NCBI GenBank assembly: GCA_048940645.1
Contig: JBHLOI010000010.1
Coordinates: 22,699-86,698, forward strand
Source: Promethearchaeota archaeon
GTDB taxonomy: Archaea > Asgardarchaeota > Lokiarchaeia > Sigyniarchaeales > SOKP01
Length of the DNA stretch: 64,000 nt
Reading direction: 5' to 3'
Made by a program: the position numbers and the translations under genes. This document shows positions 18,128 to 26,930 of the stretch, piece by piece. Under the pieces are notes generated by a model. That model was not told the DNA's origin and ran no database searches. It saw only the letters and a list, made by a program, of their open reading frames with translations. The number at the start of each line of letters is the position of its first letter. The first letter of the stretch is position 1.

Positions 18128-19447
18128 ATGGCAGTAAAAGTTGCTTTTATGCAATGTTCTGATTGCTGGGGCTGTCACCAGAGCCTACTTAATGCTCATT
18201 TAGGCTTATTACCAGTACTCCCAGCATTAGATATTGTATATTGGCCAGCAGTAGTAGATTTTAAACATGATTCATTGAAATCGAGGCCTGACGGAGATAT
18301 TTTAGTTGGATTTGTAGAAGGAAGCTTTAGAACTAATGAAGATATTGAAAATGCAAAACTAATGAGACAAAAATGCCAATTAATTATCTCATTTGGAAGT
18401 TGCTCATGTTATGGAAATGTTCATGGCTTAGCAAATCAATGGGATATTCAAGAACTCATCAAAAGAAAATTCAAGGACGCTGAATCAATTACCAACAAAG
18501 ATGAGGCTGGTGAACCTCAAAAACATGTTCCTGGGTTTACTGATAAAATAGTACCCTTAGATGAAATTATAAAGGTAGATGCCTATATTTCTGGTTGTCC
18601 GCCAAAACCAGAAGCAATTATTAGCTCTGTACAATTTTTACTTGGTCAAAAACCCCAACCTAAAGCAGAGAGGGCATTTTGTAATGATTGTATCTTGAGA
18701 GAAAGTGGATGTTTATTAGAAAAAAATACATTATGTTTTGGACCAATCACTAGTACAGGATGTTCATTAAAATGTACAAGTGATGGTAAACCTTGCGTTG
18801 GTTGTTTAGGACCATCTACTTCAGTAGATGCGAGAGTTAATAAGCTTGGCGATATGATTAAAAATATCGATTCCCTTAGTTCTGGAGACAAGAAGAACTT
18901 GTATGAATTTCTTGCTCTCTTCTTAAACATTCCATTAATGGCAGGATTTGATCTAGCTGGAGATATTCTAAAACAAATTAAAAAGAGTGGCACTCCTCAA
19001 ACTCCTTTAGCAGGAATGCCTGATGAAACAACCAATATTGCTTCGAATATAATGGCCTATTTAAAAGATCACCGAGAATTCACAGAAATTTCAAACGTAT
19101 GCGACACTTGTCCAAGAATTATTGGAAGTAAGTCTCAGATGACAAGAGTAAAGAGAGATTATGAAGGGTTACCTAATATGGATGATTGCTTTATTGAGCA
19201 AGGTTATCTTTGTGCGGGTCCAATTACTAAAGCTGGCTGTGGTGGTTTATGCATACGGGTCAATACTCCTTGTTCTGGTTGTTTTGGTCAAACAGAATGG
19301 AAAATTGATCAGGCAGAAAGATTTGCTGAAGTAGCAACAAAAGGCTTCAATGTGGCTTTATCAAAAGATGAACTTCTTTCCCAAATTAAGGATAAGATTG
19401 GTTTTACTGAAAAGTTCACATTAGCAGCTAATAAAAAATATAGGTAG
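18128..19447 (+). CDS. mvhG: F420-non-reducing hydrogenase small subunit (MvhG/VhuG), extended
   Basis: CSDCWGC, VEGS, FGSCSCYG, ISGCPP, and two copies of the CxxC...C..GPIT..GC...C.....C.GC module. Confidence 0.9.
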   Translation: MAVKVAFMQCSDCWGCHQSLLNAHLGLLPVLPALDIVYWPAVVDFKHDSLKSRPDGDILVGFVEGSFRTNEDIENAKLMRQKCQLIISFGSCSCYGNVHGLANQWDIQELIKRKFKDAESITNKDEAGEPQKHVPGFTDKIVPLDEIIKVDAYISGCPPKPEAIISSVQFLLGQKPQPKAERAFCNDCILRESGCLLEKNTLCFGPITSTGCSLKCTSDGKPCVGCLGPSTSVDARVNKLGDMIKNIDSLSSGDKKNLYEFLALFLNIPLMAGFDLAGDILKQIKKSGTPQTPLAGMPDETTNIASNIMAYLKDHREFTEISNVCDTCPRIIGSKSQMTRVKRDYEGLPNMDDCFIEQGYLCAGPITKAGCGGLCIRVNTPCSGCFGQTEWKIDQAERFAEVATKGFNVALSKDELLSQIKDKIGFTEKFTLAANKKYR

Positions 19448-19459
19448 GTGAAATTAAAA

Positions 19460-20764
19460 ATGGTAAAAGAAATTGAAGTAGAACCTGTCACTCGATTAGA
19501 GGGGCATGGAGGATTAAGATTAGTATTAGGTGATGATGGAAAAGTTCAAGATGTACAATTTAATATCACTTCTACAAGATTTTTTGAAAAATTTTTAGAA
19601 GGTCGTTATTGCGAACACATTCCAAGAATAACACCAAGAATTTGCGGAATTTGCCCAATCCCACATCATTTAGCTCCAACAAAAGCAGTAGAAGATGCGT
19701 GGGGAGTTGAAATTCCTACTCCGGCATATAAATTAAGACAATTATTAATTAATGCTAAACAATATAGTTCTCATGCATTACATTTCTATGCTCTTGCGGC
19801 ACCAGATTTTTTACTTGGTCCATTTGCTGATCCTGCGTTACGGAATGTTGTTCACGTAATCAGCCAAATGCCTGATGTTGGAGCAATGGCGTTAAAGATG
19901 ATGGATTTTGGACAGAAATTATGTGCTGCTATTGGAGGTAAATCAGTTCATCCTATTTCAGCAATTGTAGGTGGAATGAAGAAGGCATTGGATGAAGATG
20001 TTCGCAATCAATTTATAAAACAAATTGATGACCAAGTAGAATGGACTAAGAAGACTGTTGATATTGGCCTTAAAGTTGTTGAAGATTATTGGGATGTAGT
20101 AGCAAACGTAGGTGTTGTACCAACATACTATGCTGGAATGACTAAAAATGGTATTCATGACATATATGAAGGAGATCTTAGAATAGTCACTCCTGATGGT
20201 AAGAAAATCGATTATGATTTCCACGATTATTTAGATGCTTTAGGTGAACATATACCTAAACATTCTTATGCAACTCACATGTATTATAAACCTGCTGGCT
20301 ATCCTGAAGGTATATATCGCGCAAATACATTAGCAATGATTAACGCAGCAGATAAAATGGCTACACCATTAGCAGATGAAGCATTACAAGCTATGAGGTC
20401 AAAAGTAGGTCAAATATCACATCACACCTTTGCTTATCACTGGGCACGCTTGATTGAATTAGTTGAATCAATAGAAATGATAGCAACGTTACTTAAAGAT
20501 CCAGATATCGTGAATCCAGATTGTAAAACCTTAGATGTACAACCTAGGGAAGCCGAAGGAGTTGGTTTGGTTGAAGCTCCACGAGGTTTGTTATTATACC
20601 ATATATTTTCAGATGCAGATGGACTTTGTAAGAAAGCAAATCTATTAGTTGCTACAAACCATAATATCGCTGGAATAGAAAAGACATTAATGCATGTTGC
20701 AAAGCAAGTATTTGAAGACAACGCATTAGATGGATTAAAATTACCAGACCCCTGGATTAAATAA
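19460..20764 (+). CDS. mvhA: F420-non-reducing hydrogenase large subunit (MvhA/VhuA) lacking the C-terminal Ni-binding motif
   Basis: EPVTRLEGHG, L1 motif RICGICPIPH, EAPRGLLLYH, VATNHN; no DPCxxCxxH at the C-terminus. ATG 19460 preferred over GTG 19448 because AGGTGA precedes it. Confidence 0.93.
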   Translation: MVKEIEVEPVTRLEGHGGLRLVLGDDGKVQDVQFNITSTRFFEKFLEGRYCEHIPRITPRICGICPIPHHLAPTKAVEDAWGVEIPTPAYKLRQLLINAKQYSSHALHFYALAAPDFLLGPFADPALRNVVHVISQMPDVGAMALKMMDFGQKLCAAIGGKSVHPISAIVGGMKKALDEDVRNQFIKQIDDQVEWTKKTVDIGLKVVEDYWDVVANVGVVPTYYAGMTKNGIHDIYEGDLRIVTPDGKKIDYDFHDYLDALGEHIPKHSYATHMYYKPAGYPEGIYRANTLAMINAADKMATPLADEALQAMRSKVGQISHHTFAYHWARLIELVESIEMIATLLKDPDIVNPDCKTLDVQPREAEGVGLVEAPRGLLLYHIFSDADGLCKKANLLVATNHNIAGIEKTLMHVAKQVFEDNALDGLKLPDPWIK

Positions 20765-20788
20765 AGGTAGAATTAAGGAGGAAAAAAA

Positions 20789-20941
20789 ATGAGTGAAGAT
20801 GTACCAGAAGGAGTAGTAAACCTTCTTGAAATGATAGTTAGATGTTTTGATTGCTGACTATCGTGTGCCGCACATATCACAGTTGTGAAAGAAAACGGCG
20901 AGGAGGTTTATTCTCGTAAATTGAATGTTGGCTTAGGATGA
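20789..20941 (+). CDS. vhuU: Selenocysteine-containing hydrogenase subunit VhuU (50 aa; TGA at 20855-20857 read as Sec)
   Basis: AAGGAGG SD then MSEDVPEGVVNLLEMIVRCFDC-U-LSCAAHITVVKENGEEVYSRKLNVGLG*. It supplies the L2 motif missing from MvhA, and the TGA falls at the Ni-ligand position. Not in the ORF track. Confidence 0.92.
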
Positions 20942-20977
20942 ATATCTAATAAAAATAATAGATTGGATATAACTGCC
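20930..20977 (+). promoter_or_regulatory. Candidate eukaryote-type SECIS element of vhuU
   Basis: AUGA (20938-41) ... GA (20966-67) core, AUCUA/UAGAU upper helix, AAAAA apical loop, GGC-UUA/UAA-GCC lower helix; folded by eye only. Confidence 0.5.
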
Positions 20978-21043
20978 CTTGCTCGGGTTAAAGCCAAAAA
21001 ATATATGAAATGATTTGAAAAAGATAGGATAGAGTGAGAAAAA

Positions 21044-21550
21044 ATGGCAACAGATTTCGAATTTAGAAAACAAGTTATGGATTTTCATGTGGGGTCTGAT
21101 GTAATCAAATATTGTTATCAATGTAGTCGCTGTGCCGATAATTGTCCAGTTACAAAAGTAACCACAGATTTTTATGGCACTACAGGATATAATCCAAGAA
21201 GTAATATTTTAAATGCATTGTTAGGATACAAAGATGCTATTTTTACCGAAGATCCATTAGTTATTTGGGGGTGTACTGTTTGTGATACCTGTGATGAAGT
21301 ATGTCCGCAAAGCATTGAGTTAACTGAAATATTTACCTTGCTAAAAAATATGTCTATTAAACAAGGAGAGGGTCCTGAATTTATTTATTCTCAAGCAAAA
21401 GCAATATTTGAGAATGCGAAAGCTATTCCATCACAACCAGCAATTGAAAGAAGAAGAGACCAATTAGGCTTACCAGCTGTAGCTACACCTGACGTAAATG
21501 AAATTCAGACCTTAATGAAAAATATTGGAGCTGATAAAAAGCTCAAATAA
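21044..21550 (+). CDS. hdrC: Heterodisulfide reductase subunit C
   Basis: CYQCSRCADNCP, YNPR, IWGCTVCDTCDEVCPQ; upstream of hdrB. Confidence 0.92.
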   Translation: MATDFEFRKQVMDFHVGSDVIKYCYQCSRCADNCPVTKVTTDFYGTTGYNPRSNILNALLGYKDAIFTEDPLVIWGCTVCDTCDEVCPQSIELTEIFTLLKNMSIKQGEGPEFIYSQAKAIFENAKAIPSQPAIERRRDQLGLPAVATPDVNEIQTLMKNIGADKKLK

Positions 21551-21564
21551 AAGGAGGGATGTAA

Positions 21565-22437
21565 ATGACAGAATACAAATTATTTGAAGGTTGCACCATT
21601 GGAAACAGAATTCCTTTTATTGAAGCTGCTTCAAGAAAGGTTTTTGAAAAAGTTGGGATCGAAACATCTCAGGCTCCATTTACGTGTTGTCCGGATCCAA
21701 CAGGTATGAAAAGCTTTGACAATAATTCTTGGTTGGCAATAGGTGCTAGGAATCTATGTCTAGCAGAAGCTGAAGGTAAAGATATTTTATCATTATGTAA
21801 TGGATGTGCTAACACACTAAGAGGAGTACAGCATCAATTAAAGCATGATTCACTGAAAAAACAGAAAGTCAATGAACAATTAGCCAAAATTGGTAAAGAA
21901 TTCAAGGGAACTATAAATGTTAAACATTTTGTTGATGAATTAAAGGATAATCTCGATAAAGTAAAAGGTGCAATTACCAAACCCTTGAGTGGATTAAAAG
22001 TTGCTGTTCATCCAGGATGCCATTATATGAGGCCTGCTGAGTGGATGGAAGCAGATGATCCAATGCGTCCTGAGAATTTAAAGAAAATTGTTACTGAAAG
22101 TGGAGCAACTGTCATAGATTATGAAGAAATGGTTTTATGTTGTGGATCTGCGGTTACCAATGCTTACGAAGAACACGGTTTAGCAAACTTTAAAATTAAA
22201 ATGGATAGCATAAAGAAAGCTGGAGCAGATGTAATATGTGTAAATTGCCCGGCTTGCTTTCAGCAATTTGATACACGACAACGGGATTTAGGAAAGAAAT
22301 ATGAAACAGATTATGATATCCCAGTACTATACTTAACTGAACTGTTATCTTTAGCAATGGGAGTTAGTCCTGATGAAATAGGACTAAAATTCCATAGAAC
22401 TCGCATGAAGTCCCAATTAGAAAAACTAGGTTTGTAA
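21565..22437 (+). CDS. hdrB: Heterodisulfide reductase subunit B
   Basis: FEGC, TCCP, ARNL, LCNGC, VHPGCHYMRP, CCGS, CPACFQQFD, PVLYLTELL. Confidence 0.93.
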   Translation: MTEYKLFEGCTIGNRIPFIEAASRKVFEKVGIETSQAPFTCCPDPTGMKSFDNNSWLAIGARNLCLAEAEGKDILSLCNGCANTLRGVQHQLKHDSLKKQKVNEQLAKIGKEFKGTINVKHFVDELKDNLDKVKGAITKPLSGLKVAVHPGCHYMRPAEWMEADDPMRPENLKKIVTESGATVIDYEEMVLCCGSAVTNAYEEHGLANFKIKMDSIKKAGADVICVNCPACFQQFDTRQRDLGKKYETDYDIPVLYLTELLSLAMGVSPDEIGLKFHRTRMKSQLEKLGL

Positions 22438-22438
22438 A

Positions 22439-22485
22439 ATAGGTTAATAACCTATACAAAATTTTTTTATTTTAATTTTTTATCA
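22439..22485 (+). terminator. Inverted repeat plus oligo-T tracts after hdrB
   Basis: ATAGGTTA-A-TAACCTAT (22439-22455) followed by T7 runs. Confidence 0.4.
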
Positions 22486-22599
22486 ACTTTTTTAAATTTA
22501 ATTTTTTACGCTGTAAAATTTAAATACCAATGAATAAAAAATATCATTATTATTGGGTATATTAGAATATTTTAATTAATCAAATTAAAGTAGGTATTA

Positions 22600-23391
22600 T
22601 TGATGGTTCCTGTTAAATTTGAGCGCCAACCACCATGGTTTTTTCAATATATTGAAAATTACTCACACGTTTTGCTTGATATCAAATTTCATAAATGCGA
22701 AGATATTAAGGAAAGATTAGATTTTGCTATAGATTTAGATCTTAGGGGATTTGAAGGATTATTATTCTATATTTATAGACCAAATCATAATTTATTAAAA
22801 TTTGACATTATTGACCATAAAGAAGATTTTATTCATAAATTAGATGAATTATATTTAAGTATTAATCATAAATCCTCAATTCAAGCATTAGATTTTATTT
22901 TTATTCCTTTTGGACATTTTACAGAAAGTAATAAATTTATACCCAATATAAAATCTAGATATACCGAGCCTACTTATCAAATATTTACTTGGTCTCCTTC
23001 TTTATTATTCAAGAAAGTTAAATCTATAATTAAAATTGACAATAAATATACCGAATTAATACCTTTAGATGATGTTTATGGGTATTATTATAATTTTGAT
23101 ATCTCTTTTAAAGGAAATAAAACAGAATATCTTTTTAATTTAATTAATGTTTTATGTACTTTTGACAATTCACCTCGTTATGAATCAATAGTTTCAGAAA
23201 TAAAATCACTAATATCAAAATCCAATGAATATTTGTTCGAGCTTTATCAAACAGAACTTCCTATTGAGATGCAAAACTTATTAAGAGAATTAGAACGTTT
23301 AAAATTTAATATAGACAATTTAAGCCGAGAAGAAATTTTTAACTGGCTCGACGACCTAATCGCCTTTTATTCAAAAAGAACTCAAGAATGA
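22600..23391 (+). CDS. Hypothetical protein
   Basis: 263-aa ORF with no recognised motif. Confidence 0.75.
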   Translation: MMVPVKFERQPPWFFQYIENYSHVLLDIKFHKCEDIKERLDFAIDLDLRGFEGLLFYIYRPNHNLLKFDIIDHKEDFIHKLDELYLSINHKSSIQALDFIFIPFGHFTESNKFIPNIKSRYTEPTYQIFTWSPSLLFKKVKSIIKIDNKYTELIPLDDVYGYYYNFDISFKGNKTEYLFNLINVLCTFDNSPRYESIVSEIKSLISKSNEYLFELYQTELPIEMQNLLRELERLKFNIDNLSREEIFNWLDDLIAFYSKRTQE

Positions 23392-23446
23392 GCCTACTAA
23401 TATGGTTTAACTGTCTAACTGCTCCGCATGGACGACTTCGAAGAAT

Positions 23447-23481
23447 AATCTAATTTATTTGAAAATTAGATGAATTAGATT
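23447..23481 (+). terminator. 14-16 bp RNA hairpin downstream of the 22600 gene
   Basis: AATCTAATTTATTT-GAAAATT-AGATGAATTAGATT; the two mismatches are U-G wobble pairs on the + transcript. Confidence 0.4.
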
Positions 23482-23579
23482 TATATTGATTATAATTTTT
23501 TTATAGATTTTATCAAGTTCTTTTTTGAATTTCATTTGAAATTAATAAATTTATAAAAAGATGTTGTATAAATTATATC

Positions 23580-24446
23580 TTGGAGAGCGTTATAATGAAT
23601 TATCATATTACCTTATCATATTTTGATACTAAAATTGGCCCAGAAATATTTTATTCTTATCCTAAACAAGACACAGATGAGGAAATTGCAAGTCAGATAG
23701 TAAATATTATGGATCAAAATATATCGGAAAGCTTTTTTATGTTTAATTTTAATAGTATTTATTTATTTAATTATAAATTCGAAATTCAATCTCCCTGGTC
23801 GCGAGGAGATTACATACCATTAATGATTTCAGCTGTTTTTTTCCAGCGCCCTTCTATTGAGACTGAAAAAACCATTTTAAGCCTCTCCATTGAATTTTCA
23901 GAATGGTTAAAATCTAAAGATGATGTTTTTAGTGCTTTTTTTAGAAATACGGTAAAATATAGTGAAAGTAATAATAATAGAGAATTGATTGATAAAAATA
24001 TCGATTTAATTCAATTATGGATTAAAGAGCTTTATGGAGCAATATCAGATGAAATTCAAGAAAGAATTGAAAAAGAAGTCATAATAGATATCCTCAATAA
24101 GGAAAATACTATAAAAACCTTAAAGTATTTATTAGAAAATCCAATCTCTCTTCTTCAATTAAAAGAATGGTATACTCACAATTTTCCTAATCAGAACTTT
24201 TATAGTCTAATAATCAAATTAATGAAATATCAAATGATTTATATTCCCGATTTCGATAAATATAAGAAAGCACCATTTAGAATATACGTTTCTGATAAGA
24301 TCAAATCGATCATAAATTTAACCTTATTTAAAAATAAATTACTTAATAGTTATATTGAAGAACTTCAAGAATCAGCGTCAAAACCTCAGGAAAGTCAAGC
24401 TAGAAATTTAAAAGAATTATTAGATAATAGCTTAATAAATAAATAA
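23580..24446 (+). CDS. Hypothetical protein with N-terminal uDENN/longin-like domain
   Basis: ITLSYFDTKIGPEIFYSYP resembles the FD...GP start of uDENN/longin-like domains; ATG 23595 may be the real start. Confidence 0.6.
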   Translation: MESVIMNYHITLSYFDTKIGPEIFYSYPKQDTDEEIASQIVNIMDQNISESFFMFNFNSIYLFNYKFEIQSPWSRGDYIPLMISAVFFQRPSIETEKTILSLSIEFSEWLKSKDDVFSAFFRNTVKYSESNNNRELIDKNIDLIQLWIKELYGAISDEIQERIEKEVIIDILNKENTIKTLKYLLENPISLLQLKEWYTHNFPNQNFYSLIIKLMKYQMIYIPDFDKYKKAPFRIYVSDKIKSIINLTLFKNKLLNSYIEELQESASKPQESQARNLKELLDNSLINK

Positions 24447-24556
24447 TTAAAAAGTAGAATTATGCAAATTTTTCAAAAATAAATTATAATCATTTTTGAT
24501 AAATTTTATATGACCGTAAAATGAAATAAAATTTACCCAATGTTTGATGAGCTAAA

Positions 24557-25186
24557 ATGGCTATGTTAACATGGATTTATTTTATCCTTTTTATCCTTGT
24601 GTACTTATTTCTCATTTTAGGAAGTAAGGATCTAAAAAAGCACAATTTTGTGTCGACTAAACTCTTAATTATTATCGGTATATTACTTTTAGTTTGGTAT
24701 ATTTTGCTATATATTTGCTATATGTTTCCTACACCAACGGAAACAATTACACGTTTTATCTATCTCTTTTTTCTTGGATTTGGTTTTATAAGATTTGGGA
24801 TAATTTACCAAGTTTTACATATTATATTAGGAATCGGATTAATTAAGGTCGGAAGTAATAATAGAGAGCAAGGTGGAAAAGTCATGTTAGTTGGTGGTGT
24901 TTTATATCTACTAGCTTGGTCACTTAACACAATAGGATGGATTTTTGATTTAAACTATATTGTAGGATTTTTTGGTTTTCCAATCCCATCTGCTATTTTT
25001 TACATTATTTCCATTATGTATTGGTTTTTTAATATCGTGAGTCTTGCAGCAGTAAATCTAATCTTTATTTTCAGTATCTTTACTAAGAGACCTTTATTTA
25101 TAGTATTTGGTGCTTTATTTTTAGCAGTTTATTCAATTCAGTTCTCAATGTTCATTAATTTCTATTTCTTAGGGTTAGTGCCCTAG
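24557..25186 (+). CDS. Hypothetical polytopic membrane protein
   Basis: About 6 hydrophobic segments. Confidence 0.75.
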   Translation: MAMLTWIYFILFILVYLFLILGSKDLKKHNFVSTKLLIIIGILLLVWYILLYICYMFPTPTETITRFIYLFFLGFGFIRFGIIYQVLHIILGIGLIKVGSNNREQGGKVMLVGGVLYLLAWSLNTIGWIFDLNYIVGFFGFPIPSAIFYIISIMYWFFNIVSLAAVNLIFIFSIFTKRPLFIVFGALFLAVYSIQFSMFINFYFLGLVP

Positions 25187-25197
25187 TTTAAGAGGTT

Positions 25198-25232
25198 ATG
25201 AAGATGGTAATCTTCATTAATATCTATTTTTT
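25198..25232 (+). terminator. Hairpin plus T-run after the 24557 gene
   Basis: ATGAAGAT-GGTA-ATCTTCAT followed by TTTTTT. Confidence 0.4.
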
Positions 25233-25243
25233 ATAAGAAGTAG

Positions 25244-25339
25244 CGCTTAAAATTTAATATAGATAATTTAACGAAGGAAGAAATATTTAATTGGTTAGGT
25301 GATTTGATCGATTTTTATTCCAGAAGGACTCAAGAATAA
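25244..25339 (+). pseudogene. Diverged orphan copy of the last 31 codons of gene 22600..23391
   Basis: RLKFNIDNLTKEEIFNWLGDLIDFYSRRTQE* versus RLKFNIDNLSREEIFNWLDDLIAFYSKRTQE* (23296-23391); preceded by an in-frame TAG, no start codon. Confidence 0.85.
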
Positions 25340-25411
25340 ATTATAATCACAATTCTTTTTTATATGATAACATTTACAAATTTAAATCTAAATTATTTAA
25401 TTTGAAAACCT

Positions 25412-25660
25412 ATGTGTCTTGCTATACCTGGAAAAATAATAAAACTAAATGATGATGGAACCACTGCTCTTGTTGATTTTGATGGAATACAACAAAATGT
25501 AATAATTGCGTTAATTATGAATCCTGAGATCGGAAAATATGTAATTGTCCATGCAGGTTATGCAATAGAACAGATGAATGAGAAGGAAGCAACGGAAGCA
25601 TTAGAACAGTGGAAAGAGATCGCAGAGGATCAGGATTTAGACCTTTTAGATATGTTATAA
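25412..25660 (+). CDS. hypC: Hydrogenase maturation chaperone HypC
   Basis: MCLAIPGKI, ALVDFDG, GKYVIVHAGYAI. Confidence 0.95.
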   Translation: MCLAIPGKIIKLNDDGTTALVDFDGIQQNVIIALIMNPEIGKYVIVHAGYAIEQMNEKEATEALEQWKEIAEDQDLDLLDML

Positions 25661-25703
25661 CAGTAGAATTTATTTTTAAATTAATATTAAAATCTAAAAC
25701 AAA

Positions 25704-25892
25704 CTATTTGGATTTTTTCTTTTTATTGTCTAAAGAATTCATTATGATATATTGAGCACCAGAGAAAATTGAAATTCCTATAAACACAAGAACTATCAAA
25801 TTAACTATTAGGTCGTTAGTTCCTACCGTTTCTAAAGTTAGAGCGATACATAATGAAATCATTCCTAATACCAATAGATTCTCTTTTTTCAA
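25704..25892 (-). CDS. Small 2-TM membrane protein
   Basis: Two hydrophobic helices, basic tail, GGAGGGAG SD before TTG. Confidence 0.65.
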   Translation of the reverse strand: MKKENLLVLGMISLCIALTLETVGTNDLIVNLIVLVFIGISIFSGAQYIIMNSLDNKKKKSK

Positions 25893-26017
25893 ATCAAACT
25901 CCCTCCTTTTATTAATTTATTATTTTTTGGATTTCTCCAATCAGTGTATATCAAAATAAGTTATAAAAGTAAAATCTATATAGACTATATAGATAAAAAA
26001 ATGAAAACTATTGGATT

Positions 26018-26878
26018 CTATAAAAATTTCTGAGATTTTAGATCTTTAATTTCTTTGCTTTTAACTGATAATTTTCGTTCTAACTCTGCAATTTTATTCT
26101 TAAGAGCCACTGATTCGATTTCTTGTATTATTTTTTCTTTATCAGGCATCTCTAATTCAAATTGCTTGCGTTCAAGTTCTTGGTTCTCTTTTCTTAATTT
26201 CTTAATTTTCTTTTTTACTCTTTTAGACGTTTCTTCTTCAACAATTTCACTACTGATATTTTTTCCAATTGAGCTTATAATTTCTAATTCTTGATTTAAA
26301 GTAGTGAATTTTAAATTCAGCTGCTCAATTTTTTCACTTTTTTCTTCTAATTTTTCGTTTAATATTTCAATTTCATCTTTTAGTCTTTCTATTAAACTAT
26401 CCTTTGAGTTCAGGTTATTTTGTAAATGTTTAATTGAAGATTCAAGGAGTAAAATCTCTTTAGGTAATTGATTTTTTTCTCTTATTTCATCTATATTTAT
26501 TTTAGAAGAAATGGATTTTTTTCGTTTTAGATCATTTAATTCTTTCTGTGCCGCATTTTTCTCTTTTCTTAAAAACCCCATTCGGTTTTTTAACTCTCTT
26601 ATTACTCTTTCTTTTTCCTTTATCTCAAAAGTAAATTTAGATTCAAATGCTTTTTGTATTGTTTCTTGAGAAGCCTTTTCTGAAATGAAGTCATGAAATT
26701 GTAGAAGTTCTTCTTCGAGATTATCTATTTTTTCAAGATGTCCGTAAATTTCGTTTTCTTTTTTATCTAATTCCAATTTTAGTTGTTTTATTTGTCTCTT
26801 AAGATTATCTAGTACTTTTTTATCCACAATCATCTCAAATAATCCCATTAAAAAGAATAAGGAAATTATGCTATACAC
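26018..26878 (-). CDS. Coiled-coil protein
   Basis: K/E-rich heptad pattern; start uncertain. Confidence 0.75.
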   Translation of the reverse strand: MYSIISLFFLMGLFEMIVDKKVLDNLKRQIKQLKLELDKKENEIYGHLEKIDNLEEELLQFHDFISEKASQETIQKAFESKFTFEIKEKERVIRELKNRMGFLRKEKNAAQKELNDLKRKKSISSKINIDEIREKNQLPKEILLLESSIKHLQNNLNSKDSLIERLKDEIEILNEKLEEKSEKIEQLNLKFTTLNQELEIISSIGKNISSEIVEEETSKRVKKKIKKLRKENQELERKQFELEMPDKEKIIQEIESVALKNKIAELERKLSVKSKEIKDLKSQKFL

Positions 26879-26930
26879 ATTGATAATAATAATCTAGTTT
26901 TAAAAAATTATTTAAAATATTTTATATAAA

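Noticed and set aside
18164-18178. CWGCH in MvhG as a c-type heme motif
   Set aside because: It is the proximal Fe-S ligand motif (CxxCxxC) of a cytoplasmic hydrogenase subunit with no signal peptide.
20942-21012. Readthrough of the second vhuU TGA into 23 more open codons
   Set aside because: VhuU homology ends before it, and the region is better explained as UTR/SECIS.
21005-21040. Alternative SECIS core at ATGAAATGA...GA
   Set aside because: No complementary helix could be formed by eye.
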